The notes under the pieces were generated by a model. The model saw only the letters and a list, made by a program, of their open reading frames with translations. It was not told the DNA's origin and made no database searches. Below, piece by piece: positions 1-8,920 of a stretch of DNA of 44,710 nucleotides (position 1 is its first letter; each line of letters starts with the position of its first letter). The position numbers were made by a program, and so were the translations under genes. This DNA comes from Polyangiaceae bacterium (lineage in GTDB: Bacteria; Myxococcota_A; Polyangia; Polyangiales; Polyangiaceae), in contig JBGAKG010000005.1 in NCBI GenBank assembly GCA_044224495.1, forward strand, positions 1-44,710, given 5' to 3'.

Positions 1-124
1 ATCCTTCATCCGTGGCCCGAACGACGCTTCGCTGCCCGATGACCTGAGGTGGGAGCCCGGTGCGGGAAATCCGCTCGCCGGGTTCTGTCCGGGGGGCGGT
101 CCGAAAGGACCGTCCCTACCGGAA

Positions 125-210
125 CACGGGAACGGGAATGCACGGCGGGAGCTGCGCTCCGTTCCGCGTTCCCGTTCCCGTTCTCTACTCCGGATTCGTC
201 TTTCCTAACG
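125..210. repeat. Copy A of an intergenic hairpin repeat. It has a 12-bp perfect inverted repeat cgggaacgggaa / ttcccgttcccg, followed by a shared 45-nt core at 159-203 (ccgttccgcgttcccgttcccgttctctactccggattcgtcttt) that is identical to 28109-28153.
   Basis: Read directly from the sequence. Exact 45-nt identity with copy B, plus the shared upstream motif cacgggaac. Lies just beyond the bamA stop codon. Confidence 0.8.
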
Positions 211-213
211 AGG

Positions 214-2886
214 TCAGAAGAAGTTGCCGATGGTGAACTCGAAGACGTAGGTCTCCTCGTACGGCAACCTGTACAGCGGAAAGCCCCACTCGAAGCGGAG
301 CGGGCCGAGCGGCGAGAACCAGCGGATGCCGAAGCCCGAGCTCGTGCGCAGGTAGCCGAGGCTGTCCGGCGAGAAGCAGGGGCTCACGACCTTGCTGAAC
401 TGCGGCGCCGGCGTCGTCTTGCAGAACTGGTCCTCGGTGTTCCACGAGTTGCCGGCGTCGAAGAACACGACGCCGCGGATGCCGACCTTGTCCAAGATCG
501 GGAACTCGAGCTCGAGGTTCATGTACGCCTGCAGGTTGCCGCCGATGTTCGCGCCGTTCGTGATCGGCGGCGCGTTCGGATCGAGGCCCTGGTTCAGCGG
601 GAGGCGCGGACCGATCGTGCGCAGGCGGTAGCCGCGGACGTCGAGGATGCCGCCGATGAAGAAGCGCTGGTAGATGGGCACGCCCGCCGGGTTCGGCGAC
701 GTGATGAGACCGAGCTCCGTGTTCATCTTCAGGACGAAGCCGGAGCCGGGCTGGCCCGGCGTGTTGCCGCCGAGCGGGTAGTAGAAGCGGCCCGTGAAGC
801 GGTGGCGCCAGAACTCGACCTGGCTGCCGAAGACGTCGCTCGCGAGCTCGGTCGACGCCTGGAGATAGACGCCCGACGTCGGGAAGAGACGGTTGTCGCG
901 CGTGTCGAACACGATCGCGGGGCGAATCGAGACCGTACGGCCGGCGTTGAAGAGGTTCGCGAGCGGCAGGCGCGTGAAGAGCCCGCTCACGCCGGTCGGC
1001 GTCGTGCCGAAGAACGTGGTCGTCGACGTGTCGACGGTGTCGTACTGGGCCGTCCCCGTGACCGACAGGCGCAGCCACGGCTGCACGAGCGCGTAGCCGA
1101 ACGTGAGCGACCCACCGATCGAGCGGCGCGCGAAGTCGGTGTAGATGTAGAGCTGGTCGTAGAGCTCGGCGCTGGTCGACCAATCGGTGCCGAAGAAGTA
1201 CGGCTCGAAGAAGCGCAGTGAAATGATCTGACGCAGCGAGCTGATCTGGGCCTGGAGCGCGAGCGACTGCCCGTTGCCGAACAAGTTCGCTTGTTGGATC
1301 TGGGCCGTCGCGATGAAGTTTTCGATCGAGCTGAAGCCCGCGCCGATCTGGAACGTCCCGGTCGGGCGCTCACCGACCTCGAAGTAGACGATGACCTTGT
1401 CGGGCCCCGACCCGGGCTCGGTCGTGTAGTCGACGCGCTCGAAGTAACCGAGCGCGGTGATGCGCCGCTTGGACGCTTCGATCCCCGACTCGGAGTAGAG
1501 CTGCCCCTCCGCGATCTCCATCTCGCGCCGGAACACGGCGTCGCGTGTCTTGGTGTTGCCCTTGATCTCGATGCGCTCGATGCGCACGGGCACCCCGCGA
1601 TGGATCGGGATGATGATGTCGACCTCGGCCTTGGTCGGGTCGACCTCCGTCAGTGGGTCCGCTTCGACGTTGTAGAAGCCGGCGTCGCGATAGAGCGTGC
1701 GGACGGCCTGAAGGTCTCGGACGACCTCGGCGCGGTTGAACCAGTCCCCCGTGTGCGCATGGACCATCTCGCGGAGGGCACGCCTCCCGCCGAGAGGCTC
1801 GACCTCGTTCCCGCTCGGATCCTCCTCGAAGATCTTGAGCTGCCGGATTTTGTAGCGGGGCCCCTCGTGGACGAGGATCGTGATCTCGATCCCGTCCCGA
1901 TCGGTCGTCAGCATCACGCGCGGGATGCCGATCTGCACCGTCATGTAGCCCTTGTCGTAATAGAGCGAGCTGATCAGAAGGAGGTCGCGCTCGAGGATGT
2001 CCTTGCGGTACGGGCCGCCGGACCCGAACGCGAAGAAGCCGCCGTTCCCCGTCTGCATCACGTCGCGCAGCTCGGAGTCGGGGATGTGATCGTTGCCGAT
2101 GAACGTGACGCGGCGAACGGTGACCGGGTTGTGCTCCGCGACCTTGAAGCGGATGATCACCTCGTTGTCGCGCTGCGGATCGAGCGTATAGGTGACGTCG
2201 GCGAGGAAGTACCCCTTCTCCTCGTACGCATCCTTGATCTTGGTGACGCTCCGCTTGACCGCGGGCACGCTCAAGATCGTGTTGGGCTTCACCTCGATCG
2301 CCTCGAGGAGCTTGTCGGTGTCGATCTCCGCGTTGCCCTCGAAGTCGATGCCCTTCACGTTCGGGCGCTCGGTCACCTTGAAGCGCAGGCGAACGCCGCG
2401 CCCCGTCGGCGCGAGGTCGACCTGAATGTCCTCGAAGAAACCCGACTCCCAGAGGGAGCGCACGTCGGTCGCGAGACCTTCGACGTGGAAGTTCTGCCCG
2501 ACGCGCTCGCGCAGGTAGAGCACGACGTCTTCCTGCGAGATGCGGCGGTTGCCCTCGACCTCGATCGCGACGATCGGAGCGCCCTCGGACTTCTCCGCGT
2601 CGTTCTGGGGGAGGCGGATCTGCGGTGTGTCGACGCTCGGGATGTTGGGCCCCGCGTCGAGGTCGGGGGCGCCGCCGTCGCTCGCGAGCGGCGCTCCGGC
2701 GTCGGTCGCCAGCGGGGCGCCCGCGTCGCTCGGCTTCGCGCCCGCGTCGCCCACGGCCGTGGGACGCGCGCCCGCATCCCCCGCGCCCGCATCGGCGCGC
2801 GTCTGCGCGACCGCCGTGCGCTCGGTCAGCGTCATGCCCACGACGAGCGCGGCGATGACGAGGAGGCACGTCCCCAGCCACGGCAA
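214..2886 (-). CDS. bamA: Outer membrane protein assembly factor BamA (Omp85 family), 890 aa.
   Basis: The 890-aa ORF has a signal peptide (MPWLGTCLLVIAALVVG), a low-complexity DAGA/P-rich linker, POTRA-like repeats, and a C-terminal beta-barrel region typical of Omp85 (…GFGIRWFSPLGPLRFEWGFPL…NFF, with a terminal aromatic residue). Confidence 0.85.
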   Translation of the reverse strand: MPWLGTCLLVIAALVVGMTLTERTAVAQTRADAGAGDAGARPTAVGDAGAKPSDAGAPLATDAGAPLASDGGAPDLDAGPNIPSVDTPQIRLPQNDAEKSEGAPIVAIEVEGNRRISQEDVVLYLRERVGQNFHVEGLATDVRSLWESGFFEDIQVDLAPTGRGVRLRFKVTERPNVKGIDFEGNAEIDTDKLLEAIEVKPNTILSVPAVKRSVTKIKDAYEEKGYFLADVTYTLDPQRDNEVIIRFKVAEHNPVTVRRVTFIGNDHIPDSELRDVMQTGNGGFFAFGSGGPYRKDILERDLLLISSLYYDKGYMTVQIGIPRVMLTTDRDGIEITILVHEGPRYKIRQLKIFEEDPSGNEVEPLGGRRALREMVHAHTGDWFNRAEVVRDLQAVRTLYRDAGFYNVEADPLTEVDPTKAEVDIIIPIHRGVPVRIERIEIKGNTKTRDAVFRREMEIAEGQLYSESGIEASKRRITALGYFERVDYTTEPGSGPDKVIVYFEVGERPTGTFQIGAGFSSIENFIATAQIQQANLFGNGQSLALQAQISSLRQIISLRFFEPYFFGTDWSTSAELYDQLYIYTDFARRSIGGSLTFGYALVQPWLRLSVTGTAQYDTVDTSTTTFFGTTPTGVSGLFTRLPLANLFNAGRTVSIRPAIVFDTRDNRLFPTSGVYLQASTELASDVFGSQVEFWRHRFTGRFYYPLGGNTPGQPGSGFVLKMNTELGLITSPNPAGVPIYQRFFIGGILDVRGYRLRTIGPRLPLNQGLDPNAPPITNGANIGGNLQAYMNLELEFPILDKVGIRGVVFFDAGNSWNTEDQFCKTTPAPQFSKVVSPCFSPDSLGYLRTSSGFGIRWFSPLGPLRFEWGFPLYRLPYEETYVFEFTIGNFF

Positions 2887-3066
2887 AGTGGCGCGAGCGC
2901 GGACGAAGAGCGCGTGGCAAAGAGGAAGCGGGCTCAGAGCGCCTAGGCTCGTAGCCCACCATTCGCCTCGGGGTCAACGAAGGAATCGAGTGATTCCCAA
3001 GCACCTTCGCGGCGGTAGGCCCGAGCAAGAAGCCAACGCGGGGCGGGAGCCGAATGTTCCCGAGTT

Positions 3067-4374
3067 GTGGTACCGCTCGACCCGATGATCCGCCGCCCCG
3101 CCTTGATCCTCGCGATCCTCACGGGGTTGAACCTCCTCAACTACATGGACCGGACGATCCTCGCGGCGGTCCTCGCGCGGATCCAAGACAAGTCCCAGCT
3201 CGACCTGGACGAGCTCCAGGGCGGGACCCTCGCGACGGCGTTCCTCATCGGCTACTTCGCGACGAGCCCCATCTTCGGGGCGCTCGCCGACCGAGCGACC
3301 AAGAGCGAGGGGCTCTTCGGCGGCCGCAAGGTCCTCATGGCGTTCGGCGTGCTCGTCTGGAGCGCCGCCACCTGGGCGACCGGCCACGCGCACTCGTACG
3401 CGACGATCCTCCTCGCGCGCGCCGTCGTCGGCGTGGGCGAGGCGAGCTACGCCGCCGTCGCCCCGACGATCATCGACGACCTCGCCCCGGCCGAGAAGAA
3501 GGGCCGCTGGCTCTCGGTCTTCTACCTCGCGATCCCGATTGGGTCCGCGGTCGGGTACCTGCTCGGCGGGTTCATCGAGAAGCGCTTCGACTGGCGCACG
3601 GCGTTCTGGTTCGCGGGCGGGCCGGGCGTGGTCCTGGCGCTCGCGTGCCTCCTGATCGTCGAGCCGCCGCGCACGCCGCGGAAGCGGGAGCCGGTCCTCG
3701 CGATGCTGCGCCCGCTCGGTCAGCAACGCCTCTACCGCCGCGCCGTCGCCGGGTACTGCCTCTCGACCTTCGCGCTCGGAGGCTTCGCCCACTGGGCGCC
3801 GAAGTTCATCCACGTCGAGTACGACATGAAGCTCGACAAGGCGAACTACGTGTTCGGGCTCGTCCTCATCGTCGCGGGGGCGCTGACGACGAGCCTCGGC
3901 GGCTGGCTCGGCGATCGGGCGGGGAAGCGGATGGCGGCGCGCGGGGGTGTCCCAGAAGGGGACAGCCTCCCGCTCGGCCACCTGCGCGTGTGCGCGATCG
4001 CGAGCTTCCTCGGGGCGCCGTTCGCGGCGGCGGCCTTCCTCTCACCCACGCCCCAGATCTTCTTCGTCTTCATGTTCCTCGCGATCGCGAGCGTGTTCCT
4101 GGGCAACTCGCCCATCAACGCCGCGCTCCTGAGCTCGGTGCCACCGCACCTCCGCGCGAGCGCGATGGCCCTCTCGATCTTCGCGATCCACATCCTCGGC
4201 GACATGTGGAGCCCGCCGATGGTGGGCGGCCTGATGAAGGTGCTCGGCTCGCGACCGCTCGCGATGGAGCTCCTGCCGCTCGCCATCCTGGGGTCCGCGT
4301 GCTTCTGGTGGATCCGGGCGCCGAAGCCCGCGCCGACCGCCAGTCCAGCGAGTCCGACAAAGCTGGTTCCTTGA
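3067..4374 (+). CDS. MFS transporter (spinster-like major facilitator).
   Basis: Twelve hydrophobic segments. MFS signature around GALADRATKSEGLFGGRKVL, with D-R-x-G-R-like loops. The start may instead be the ATG at 3085. Confidence 0.75.
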   Translation: MVPLDPMIRRPALILAILTGLNLLNYMDRTILAAVLARIQDKSQLDLDELQGGTLATAFLIGYFATSPIFGALADRATKSEGLFGGRKVLMAFGVLVWSAATWATGHAHSYATILLARAVVGVGEASYAAVAPTIIDDLAPAEKKGRWLSVFYLAIPIGSAVGYLLGGFIEKRFDWRTAFWFAGGPGVVLALACLLIVEPPRTPRKREPVLAMLRPLGQQRLYRRAVAGYCLSTFALGGFAHWAPKFIHVEYDMKLDKANYVFGLVLIVAGALTTSLGGWLGDRAGKRMAARGGVPEGDSLPLGHLRVCAIASFLGAPFAAAAFLSPTPQIFFVFMFLAIASVFLGNSPINAALLSSVPPHLRASAMALSIFAIHILGDMWSPPMVGGLMKVLGSRPLAMELLPLAILGSACFWWIRAPKPAPTASPASPTKLVP

Positions 4375-4406
4375 CACTTGTTCACCCCATGGGATAGGTC
4401 GGACCG

Positions 4407-6398
4407 ATGGCGAAGAAGTCCAAGGCCACCCCCCCGCCGAAGCAGCCGAAAACGCCTGCCGCGAAAGCGAAGGCCGCTCCGGCGCCGGCAAAACCCGCCC
4501 CGGCGAAGAACGCGAAGGCGAAAGCGGCGGAAAAAGCACCGCCGCCGAAGGCCGCTCCGGCGAAGGCCGCCCCGGCGAAGGCCGCTCCGGCGAAGGCCGC
4601 TCCGGCGAAGGCCGTCGCCGCGCCGCCGCCGCCGCCTGCTTCCGAGCCGCCGCCCGCCTCCGAGCCGGAGCCGAAGGCCGCCCCCAAGCGGCGCGCCACC
4701 GCGGAGACGATGGGGGCGAAGCAGCGCGAGATCTCGGTCTCCGAGTTCTTCACCAAGAACCGCCACCTGCTCGGGTTCGACAACCCGGCGAAGGCCCTCC
4801 TGACCACGGTGAAGGAAGCGGTCGACAACTCGCTCGACGCCTGTGAAGAGGCGGGGATTCTTCCGGAGATCAAGGTCGAGATCACGGAGCTCGCGGAGAG
4901 CCGCTTCCGCGTCGCGATCGAGGACAACGGGCCCGGCATCGTGAAGCCGCAGATCCCGAAGATCTTCGCGAAGCTCCTCTACGGGTCGAAGTTCCACCGC
5001 CTGCGCCAGTCGCGCGGACAGCAGGGCATCGGCATCAGCGCCGCGGGTCTCTACGCGCAGCTCACGACCGGCAAGCCGGTGACGATCACGTCGAAGACGG
5101 GGAAGGGGCGCCCCGCGTTCAAGATCGAGCTCCGCATCGACACGAAGCGCAACCAGCCCGACGTCGTGAAGGACGAGACGGTCGACTGGGAGAAGGAGCA
5201 CGGCACGCGCGTCGAGATGGATCTCGTCGCGGCGTACCGCGGCGGCCGCACCGGCGTGCAGGAGTACTTGGAGCAGACGGTCGTCGCGAACCCGCACCTC
5301 GGGCTCACGTACAAGCCGCCGAAGGGGGAGACGCTCGTCTTCCCGCGCGTCTCCGATGACCTGCCGCGCGAGCCGCAAGAGATCAAGCCGCACCCGCATG
5401 GGATCGAGCTCGGCATGCTCCTCAACATGCTCTCGGACTCGCCGGGCAAGAACGTGAAGCAGGTGCTCGAGGACGACTTCTCGCGCGTGAGCCCCGCGAT
5501 CGCGAAGCAGATCCTGGACATCGCGAAGATCAACCCGAAGACGCGCGCGGACTCGATCATCGGCGAGGAGCTCGATCGGCTCTACAAGGCGCTCGGCGAG
5601 GTCAAGGTGATGGCGCCGTCGGCGAACAGCGTCGTCCCGATCGGGGAAGAGCTGCTCGTGAAGGGGCTCTTGCGCCGGTTCCCGAAGGCGGAGTTCAGTG
5701 TATCTTGCACGCGTCCGCCGAGCGTCTACCGCGGCAACCCGTTCGTGGTCGAGGTCGGGCTCGCGTACGGCGGCGACCTGCCGCTCGACGAGCCCGCGGA
5801 CGTCATGCGGTTCGCGAACCGCGTGCCGCTCCAGTACCAGCCGAAGGCGTGCGCGATCTCCGAGAGCGTGTACGACACGAACTGGAAGAACTACGAGCTC
5901 GCGCAGCCGCGGGGCTCGCTCCCGGTCGGGCCGGTCGCGATCGCGGTGCACCTCGCGAGCGTGTGGGTTCCGTTCACGAGCGAGGCGAAGGAAGCGGTCG
6001 CCCACTACGACGACCTGCTCCGCGAGATGAAGCTCGCGATCCAGGAGTGCGGGCGCAAGCTCGCCGCCCACCTACGGGCGCGCATCCGCGCGAACGCGGA
6101 GTCGAAGCGGCGCGGGATCTTCGAGCGCTACATCCCCGAGGTGAGCCGCGCGATCGCGGCGCTGCTCGACGTCGAGGCGGGGCCGATCGCGAAGCACTTC
6201 ACGACGGCGCTCCCCAAGTTCGTGAACGTGGAGCTGATCGACAAGGTCGAGACGGATGCCCCGAAGCGCGGTGGCGGCTCCGCGCCGCCGCCCCCGCCGT
6301 CCGAGGCACCGCCCCCCATGCCGAAGGTGCCCGCGGCGAAGGCCAAAGTGAAGGGGAAGACCAAGGGCAAGGACGACCGCCAACTGTCGCTGATGTAG
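4407..6398 (+). CDS. top6B: DNA topoisomerase VI subunit B (GHKL ATPase), with Lys/Ala/Pro-rich N- and C-terminal tails.
   Basis: Bergerat-fold boxes are present: N-box [13 protein letters not shown]1 IEDNGPGI, G2 [16 protein letters not shown] transducer-like region follows. The ~100-aa N-terminal tail (AKAAP repeats) and the K-rich C-terminal tail (…[11 protein letters not shown]) are low-complexity. Confidence 0.85.
   Translation: MAKKSKATPPPKQPKTPAAKAKAAPAPAKPAPAKNAKAKAAEKAPPPKAAPAKAAPAKAAPAKAAPAKAVAAPPPPPASEPPPASEPEPKAAPKRRATAETMGAKQREISVSEFFTKNRHLLGFDNPAKALLTTVKEAVDNSLDACEEAGILPEIKVEITELAESRFRVAIEDNGPGIVKPQIPKIFAKLLYGSKFHRLRQSRGQQGIGISAAGLYAQLTTGKPVTITSKTGKGRPAFKIELRIDTKRNQPDVVKDETVDWEKEHGTRVEMDLVAAYRGGRTGVQEYLEQTVVANPHLGLTYKPPKGETLVFPRVSDDLPREPQEIKPHPHGIELGMLLNMLSDSPGKNVKQVLEDDFSRVSPAIAKQILDIAKINPKTRADSIIGEELDRLYKALGEVKVMAPSANSVVPIGEELLVKGLLRRFPKAEFSVSCTRPPSVYRGNPFVVEVGLAYGGDLPLDEPADVMRFANRVPLQYQPKACAISESVYDTNWKNYELAQPRGSLPVGPVAIAVHLASVWVPFTSEAKEAVAHYDDLLREMKLAIQECGRKLAAHLRARIRANAESKRRGIFERYIPEVSRAIAALLDVEAGPIAKHFTTALPKFVNVELIDKVETDAPKRGGGSAPPPPPSEAPPPMPKVPAAKAKVKGKTKGKDDRQLSLM
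4546..4614 (+). repeat. 15-bp tandem repeat, cgaaggccgcYccgg in 4 full copies plus a partial one, encoding (AKAAP)n inside top6B.
   Basis: Four full copies read directly at 4546, 4561, 4576 and 4591, then a partial ninth-nucleotide copy. Confidence 0.85.
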
Positions 6399-6414
6399 CC
6401 AAGGAACGAACACG

Positions 6415-7542
6415 ATGGCCTCCAAGAAGACGGCAGCAAAAGATTCGGCGAAGGAACGCGATCAGAAGACGCTCGCGAAGCTCCAGAAGCTCGCGGCGCA
6501 AGCCCTGGCGACGGTTCGTGGCGGTCGCAATCCGGCGCTCGAGATCCGCATGCGCGCGCTCTCGAACGTGTCGTTCAACGAGAAGAAGCGCATCATCGAG
6601 CTCGGCGACAAGACGCAGTCGCGCGAGTTCTTCAACACCGCCATGGCGCGGAAGTTCATGCAGACGTTCCTCCTCGCTCAGGGCTGCAAGGGCCTGATCG
6701 AAGAGGACAAGACGGTCAGCATTCGTCAGCTCTATTACATCTCGAAGCACACCGTCGAAGGCACCAGCGAGAACACCTTCGAAGATCAGAAGGAGAGCGA
6801 TCCGATCATCGAAGACCTCGAGGTCGCAGCGGACGCACTCCGCGAGGAGCTCCACCTCTTCGCGGCGAAGCGTGGCTCGATCGCAGGGGAGCTCGTGATT
6901 CGCGACAGCGGTGACGAGATCGATCTCTCGCGGCTCGGGAGCGGCGGGTGGTCGATCCCGGGGATCTGCGAGCCGAGCAAGGTGCAGTTCGTCCGCAACA
7001 AGGCGAAGTACGTCCTCTTCGTCGAGAAGGACGCAATGTTCAATCGCTTCAACGAGGACAAGTTCTGGCGCAAGAACGAGTGCATCGTGATGACGAGCGG
7101 AGGGCAGGCGACGCGCGGAGCGCGCCGACTGCTCCAGCGCATCGCGGGCGAGCTGAAGATCCCCGTCTACGTCCTCGTCGATAACGATCCGTGGGGGCTC
7201 TACATCTACTCGGTGCTCAAGCAGGGGAGCATCAGCCTCGCCTACGAGTCGATGCGGCTCGCCGTGCCGAACGTCCGGTTCCTCGGCATGAGCGCGTTCG
7301 ACTACAAGAAGTTCAACCTGTCCAAGTCGGTCATCATCAACTTGGAGAAGGAAGACATCGCGCGCGCGAACCAGATGAAGGCGTATGCCTGGTTCAAGGA
7401 CAAGAAGTGGCAGCGCGAGATCCAAGGCATCGTGGACAACGGCTTCAAGATGGAGCTCGACTCGTTCCTCACGAAGGGCGTCAGCTTCATCAGCGAGGAG
7501 TACGTCCCGAAGAAGCTCCGCGACCGCGACTGGATCGAGTGA
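6415..7542 (+). CDS. top6A: DNA topoisomerase VI subunit A (Spo11 / Top6A family).
   Basis: CAP-like domain with the catalytic-tyrosine motif RQLYYISK. Toprim domain with the acidic DxD motif (YVLVDNDPWG). Starts 16 nt after the top6B stop codon and is preceded by aaggaacgaacacg, a plausible SD. Confidence 0.85.
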   Translation: MASKKTAAKDSAKERDQKTLAKLQKLAAQALATVRGGRNPALEIRMRALSNVSFNEKKRIIELGDKTQSREFFNTAMARKFMQTFLLAQGCKGLIEEDKTVSIRQLYYISKHTVEGTSENTFEDQKESDPIIEDLEVAADALREELHLFAAKRGSIAGELVIRDSGDEIDLSRLGSGGWSIPGICEPSKVQFVRNKAKYVLFVEKDAMFNRFNEDKFWRKNECIVMTSGGQATRGARRLLQRIAGELKIPVYVLVDNDPWGLYIYSVLKQGSISLAYESMRLAVPNVRFLGMSAFDYKKFNLSKSVIINLEKEDIARANQMKAYAWFKDKKWQREIQGIVDNGFKMELDSFLTKGVSFISEEYVPKKLRDRDWIE

Positions 7543-7720
7543 GCTGGCTCGATTGAGATAGCGGGATCGTTCGCCCAGGGCCAGTTTCGGCTCGGGGTGG
7601 ATAATTCTTGATCCAACTCCGTGACGTTTTCGTGCAGGCACGGCCATACGGTCCGTGCTATTTGCACAGCGCCGGGCTTTGGGTGCGATGGCACCGTACA
7701 TGCACGGCGAAGAGGTATCC

Positions 7721-8899
7721 ATGCGCTCGCTTCTCTTCGTCTCCTCCCTCGCGGCATTGGCCATCATCGCGCAGGGATGCAGCAGCAAACCGACCTCCCC
7801 GTTCACCGGCGACGCCGGCGACACCACCGACGGCGGCTTCGACCCGTTCGACGGCGGCGATCCCTTCGGTGAAGCCGGCGGCGATGCATCGCAGCCGCCC
7901 GCCTGCAACCCGGACCCGAACAACTTCGACGTCCCGAACAACAACTGCGACGACGACGGCGACGGCACGGTCGACAACGGCACCACCGCCTGCGACCAGG
8001 GCCTCTCGATGACGGGAGACGCGGCGGCGTTCGCCAAGGCGATCGGCCTCTGCAAGAGCGCGTCGCAAGGCGGCTGGGGCGTCGTCTCCGCGACCTACAG
8101 CGACGGCTTCGGCTCTTCGAGCCCGCCCGCCACCGAGCAGCACGGCATCCTCTCGAAGTTCGGCAACGTCCTGAAGCCGCGCCAGGGCGGCTCGCTCGGC
8201 GTGCTGAGCTCCGGCTTCGCGCGCGAGTACGACCAGTGCTTCGGCACGACCGACCCGTTCAAGGGCGGCTGCCCGATGAGCGGCCCCGGCACGGCGCCGA
8301 CGGGCTTCCCGAAGGCTTCGCCGACGTGCGGCAACGTCTCGATCTCGAACACCGTCAACGACGTGATCGATCTGAAGCTCGTCGTGAAGGTCCCCGCCAA
8401 CGCGAAGGGCATCTCGTTCGACTTCAACTTCCTCAGCGGCGAGTGGCCCGAGTACGTCTGCACGCAGTTCAACGACTCGTTCATCGCCTACCTGAAGTCG
8501 AGCGCCTTCAACAACGGCAAGGCCGACAACATCTCCTTCGACAGCAAGAAGAACCCGGTCAGCGTCAACAACGGCTTCTTCGACCGCTGCTCGCCGAAGA
8601 CCCTCAACTGCCTGAACTTCCCGAGCGGGTATCAGGCTTGCAACGGTGGGGACTCGGAGCTCAAGGGCACCGGCTTCTACGATCCGCAGGACAGCTGCTT
8701 CTCCGGTCAGACCGACTCGGGTGGCGGCGGCACGGGCTGGCTGACCACGAAGGCTCCGGTCACGCCGGGCGAGACCATCACGCTCGAATTCCTGATCTGG
8801 GACACGGGGGACGACGCTTACGACTCGAGCGTTCTTATCGACAACTGGAGTTGGGAGACGACCGACACGTCCGTCGGCACCGTCCGTCCCCCGAACTGA
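7721..8899 (+). CDS. Secreted lipoprotein, paralog 1 (hypothetical; Cys/Asp-rich N-terminal region).
   Basis: Signal peptide plus lipobox (LAIIAQGC). About 60% identity to the next gene over the whole length. The ORF in the track begins at 7655, but a signal-peptide start at 7721 is more likely. Confidence 0.7.
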   Translation: MRSLLFVSSLAALAIIAQGCSSKPTSPFTGDAGDTTDGGFDPFDGGDPFGEAGGDASQPPACNPDPNNFDVPNNNCDDDGDGTVDNGTTACDQGLSMTGDAAAFAKAIGLCKSASQGGWGVVSATYSDGFGSSSPPATEQHGILSKFGNVLKPRQGGSLGVLSSGFAREYDQCFGTTDPFKGGCPMSGPGTAPTGFPKASPTCGNVSISNTVNDVIDLKLVVKVPANAKGISFDFNFLSGEWPEYVCTQFNDSFIAYLKSSAFNNGKADNISFDSKKNPVSVNNGFFDRCSPKTLNCLNFPSGYQACNGGDSELKGTGFYDPQDSCFSGQTDSGGGGTGWLTTKAPVTPGETITLEFLIWDTGDDAYDSSVLIDNWSWETTDTSVGTVRPPN

Positions 8900-8920
8900 C
8901 ATCCCAACGAGGTACAAGCC

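Noticed and set aside
49-1221. 390-aa + strand ORF (and the 185-1183 minus-strand ORF) overlapping bamA.
   Set aside because: Antisense or shifted frame of bamA. Arg/Ala-rich low-complexity translation typical of non-coding frames in ~70% GC DNA.
1291-3028. 551/552-aa ORFs on both strands across the bamA 5' half.
   Set aside because: Same region as the well-supported bamA frame. The translations are R/A/G-rich with no domain.
3846-6071. 741-aa minus-strand ORF spanning the MFS 3' end and top6B.
   Set aside because: Antisense to two strongly supported genes. Composition dominated by R/L/A/G repeats.
4407-6398. Possibility that the GHKL protein is MutL/Hsp90/gyrB-like rather than Topo VI-B.
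   Set aside because: The GQQGIG G2-box and DNGPGI G1-box context, the transducer region, and the immediately adjacent Spo11-like A subunit fit Topo VI-B specifically.
6199-8055. 618-aa minus-strand ORF antisense to top6A.
   Set aside because: No motifs. Opposite the gene with clear Spo11 / Toprim signatures.
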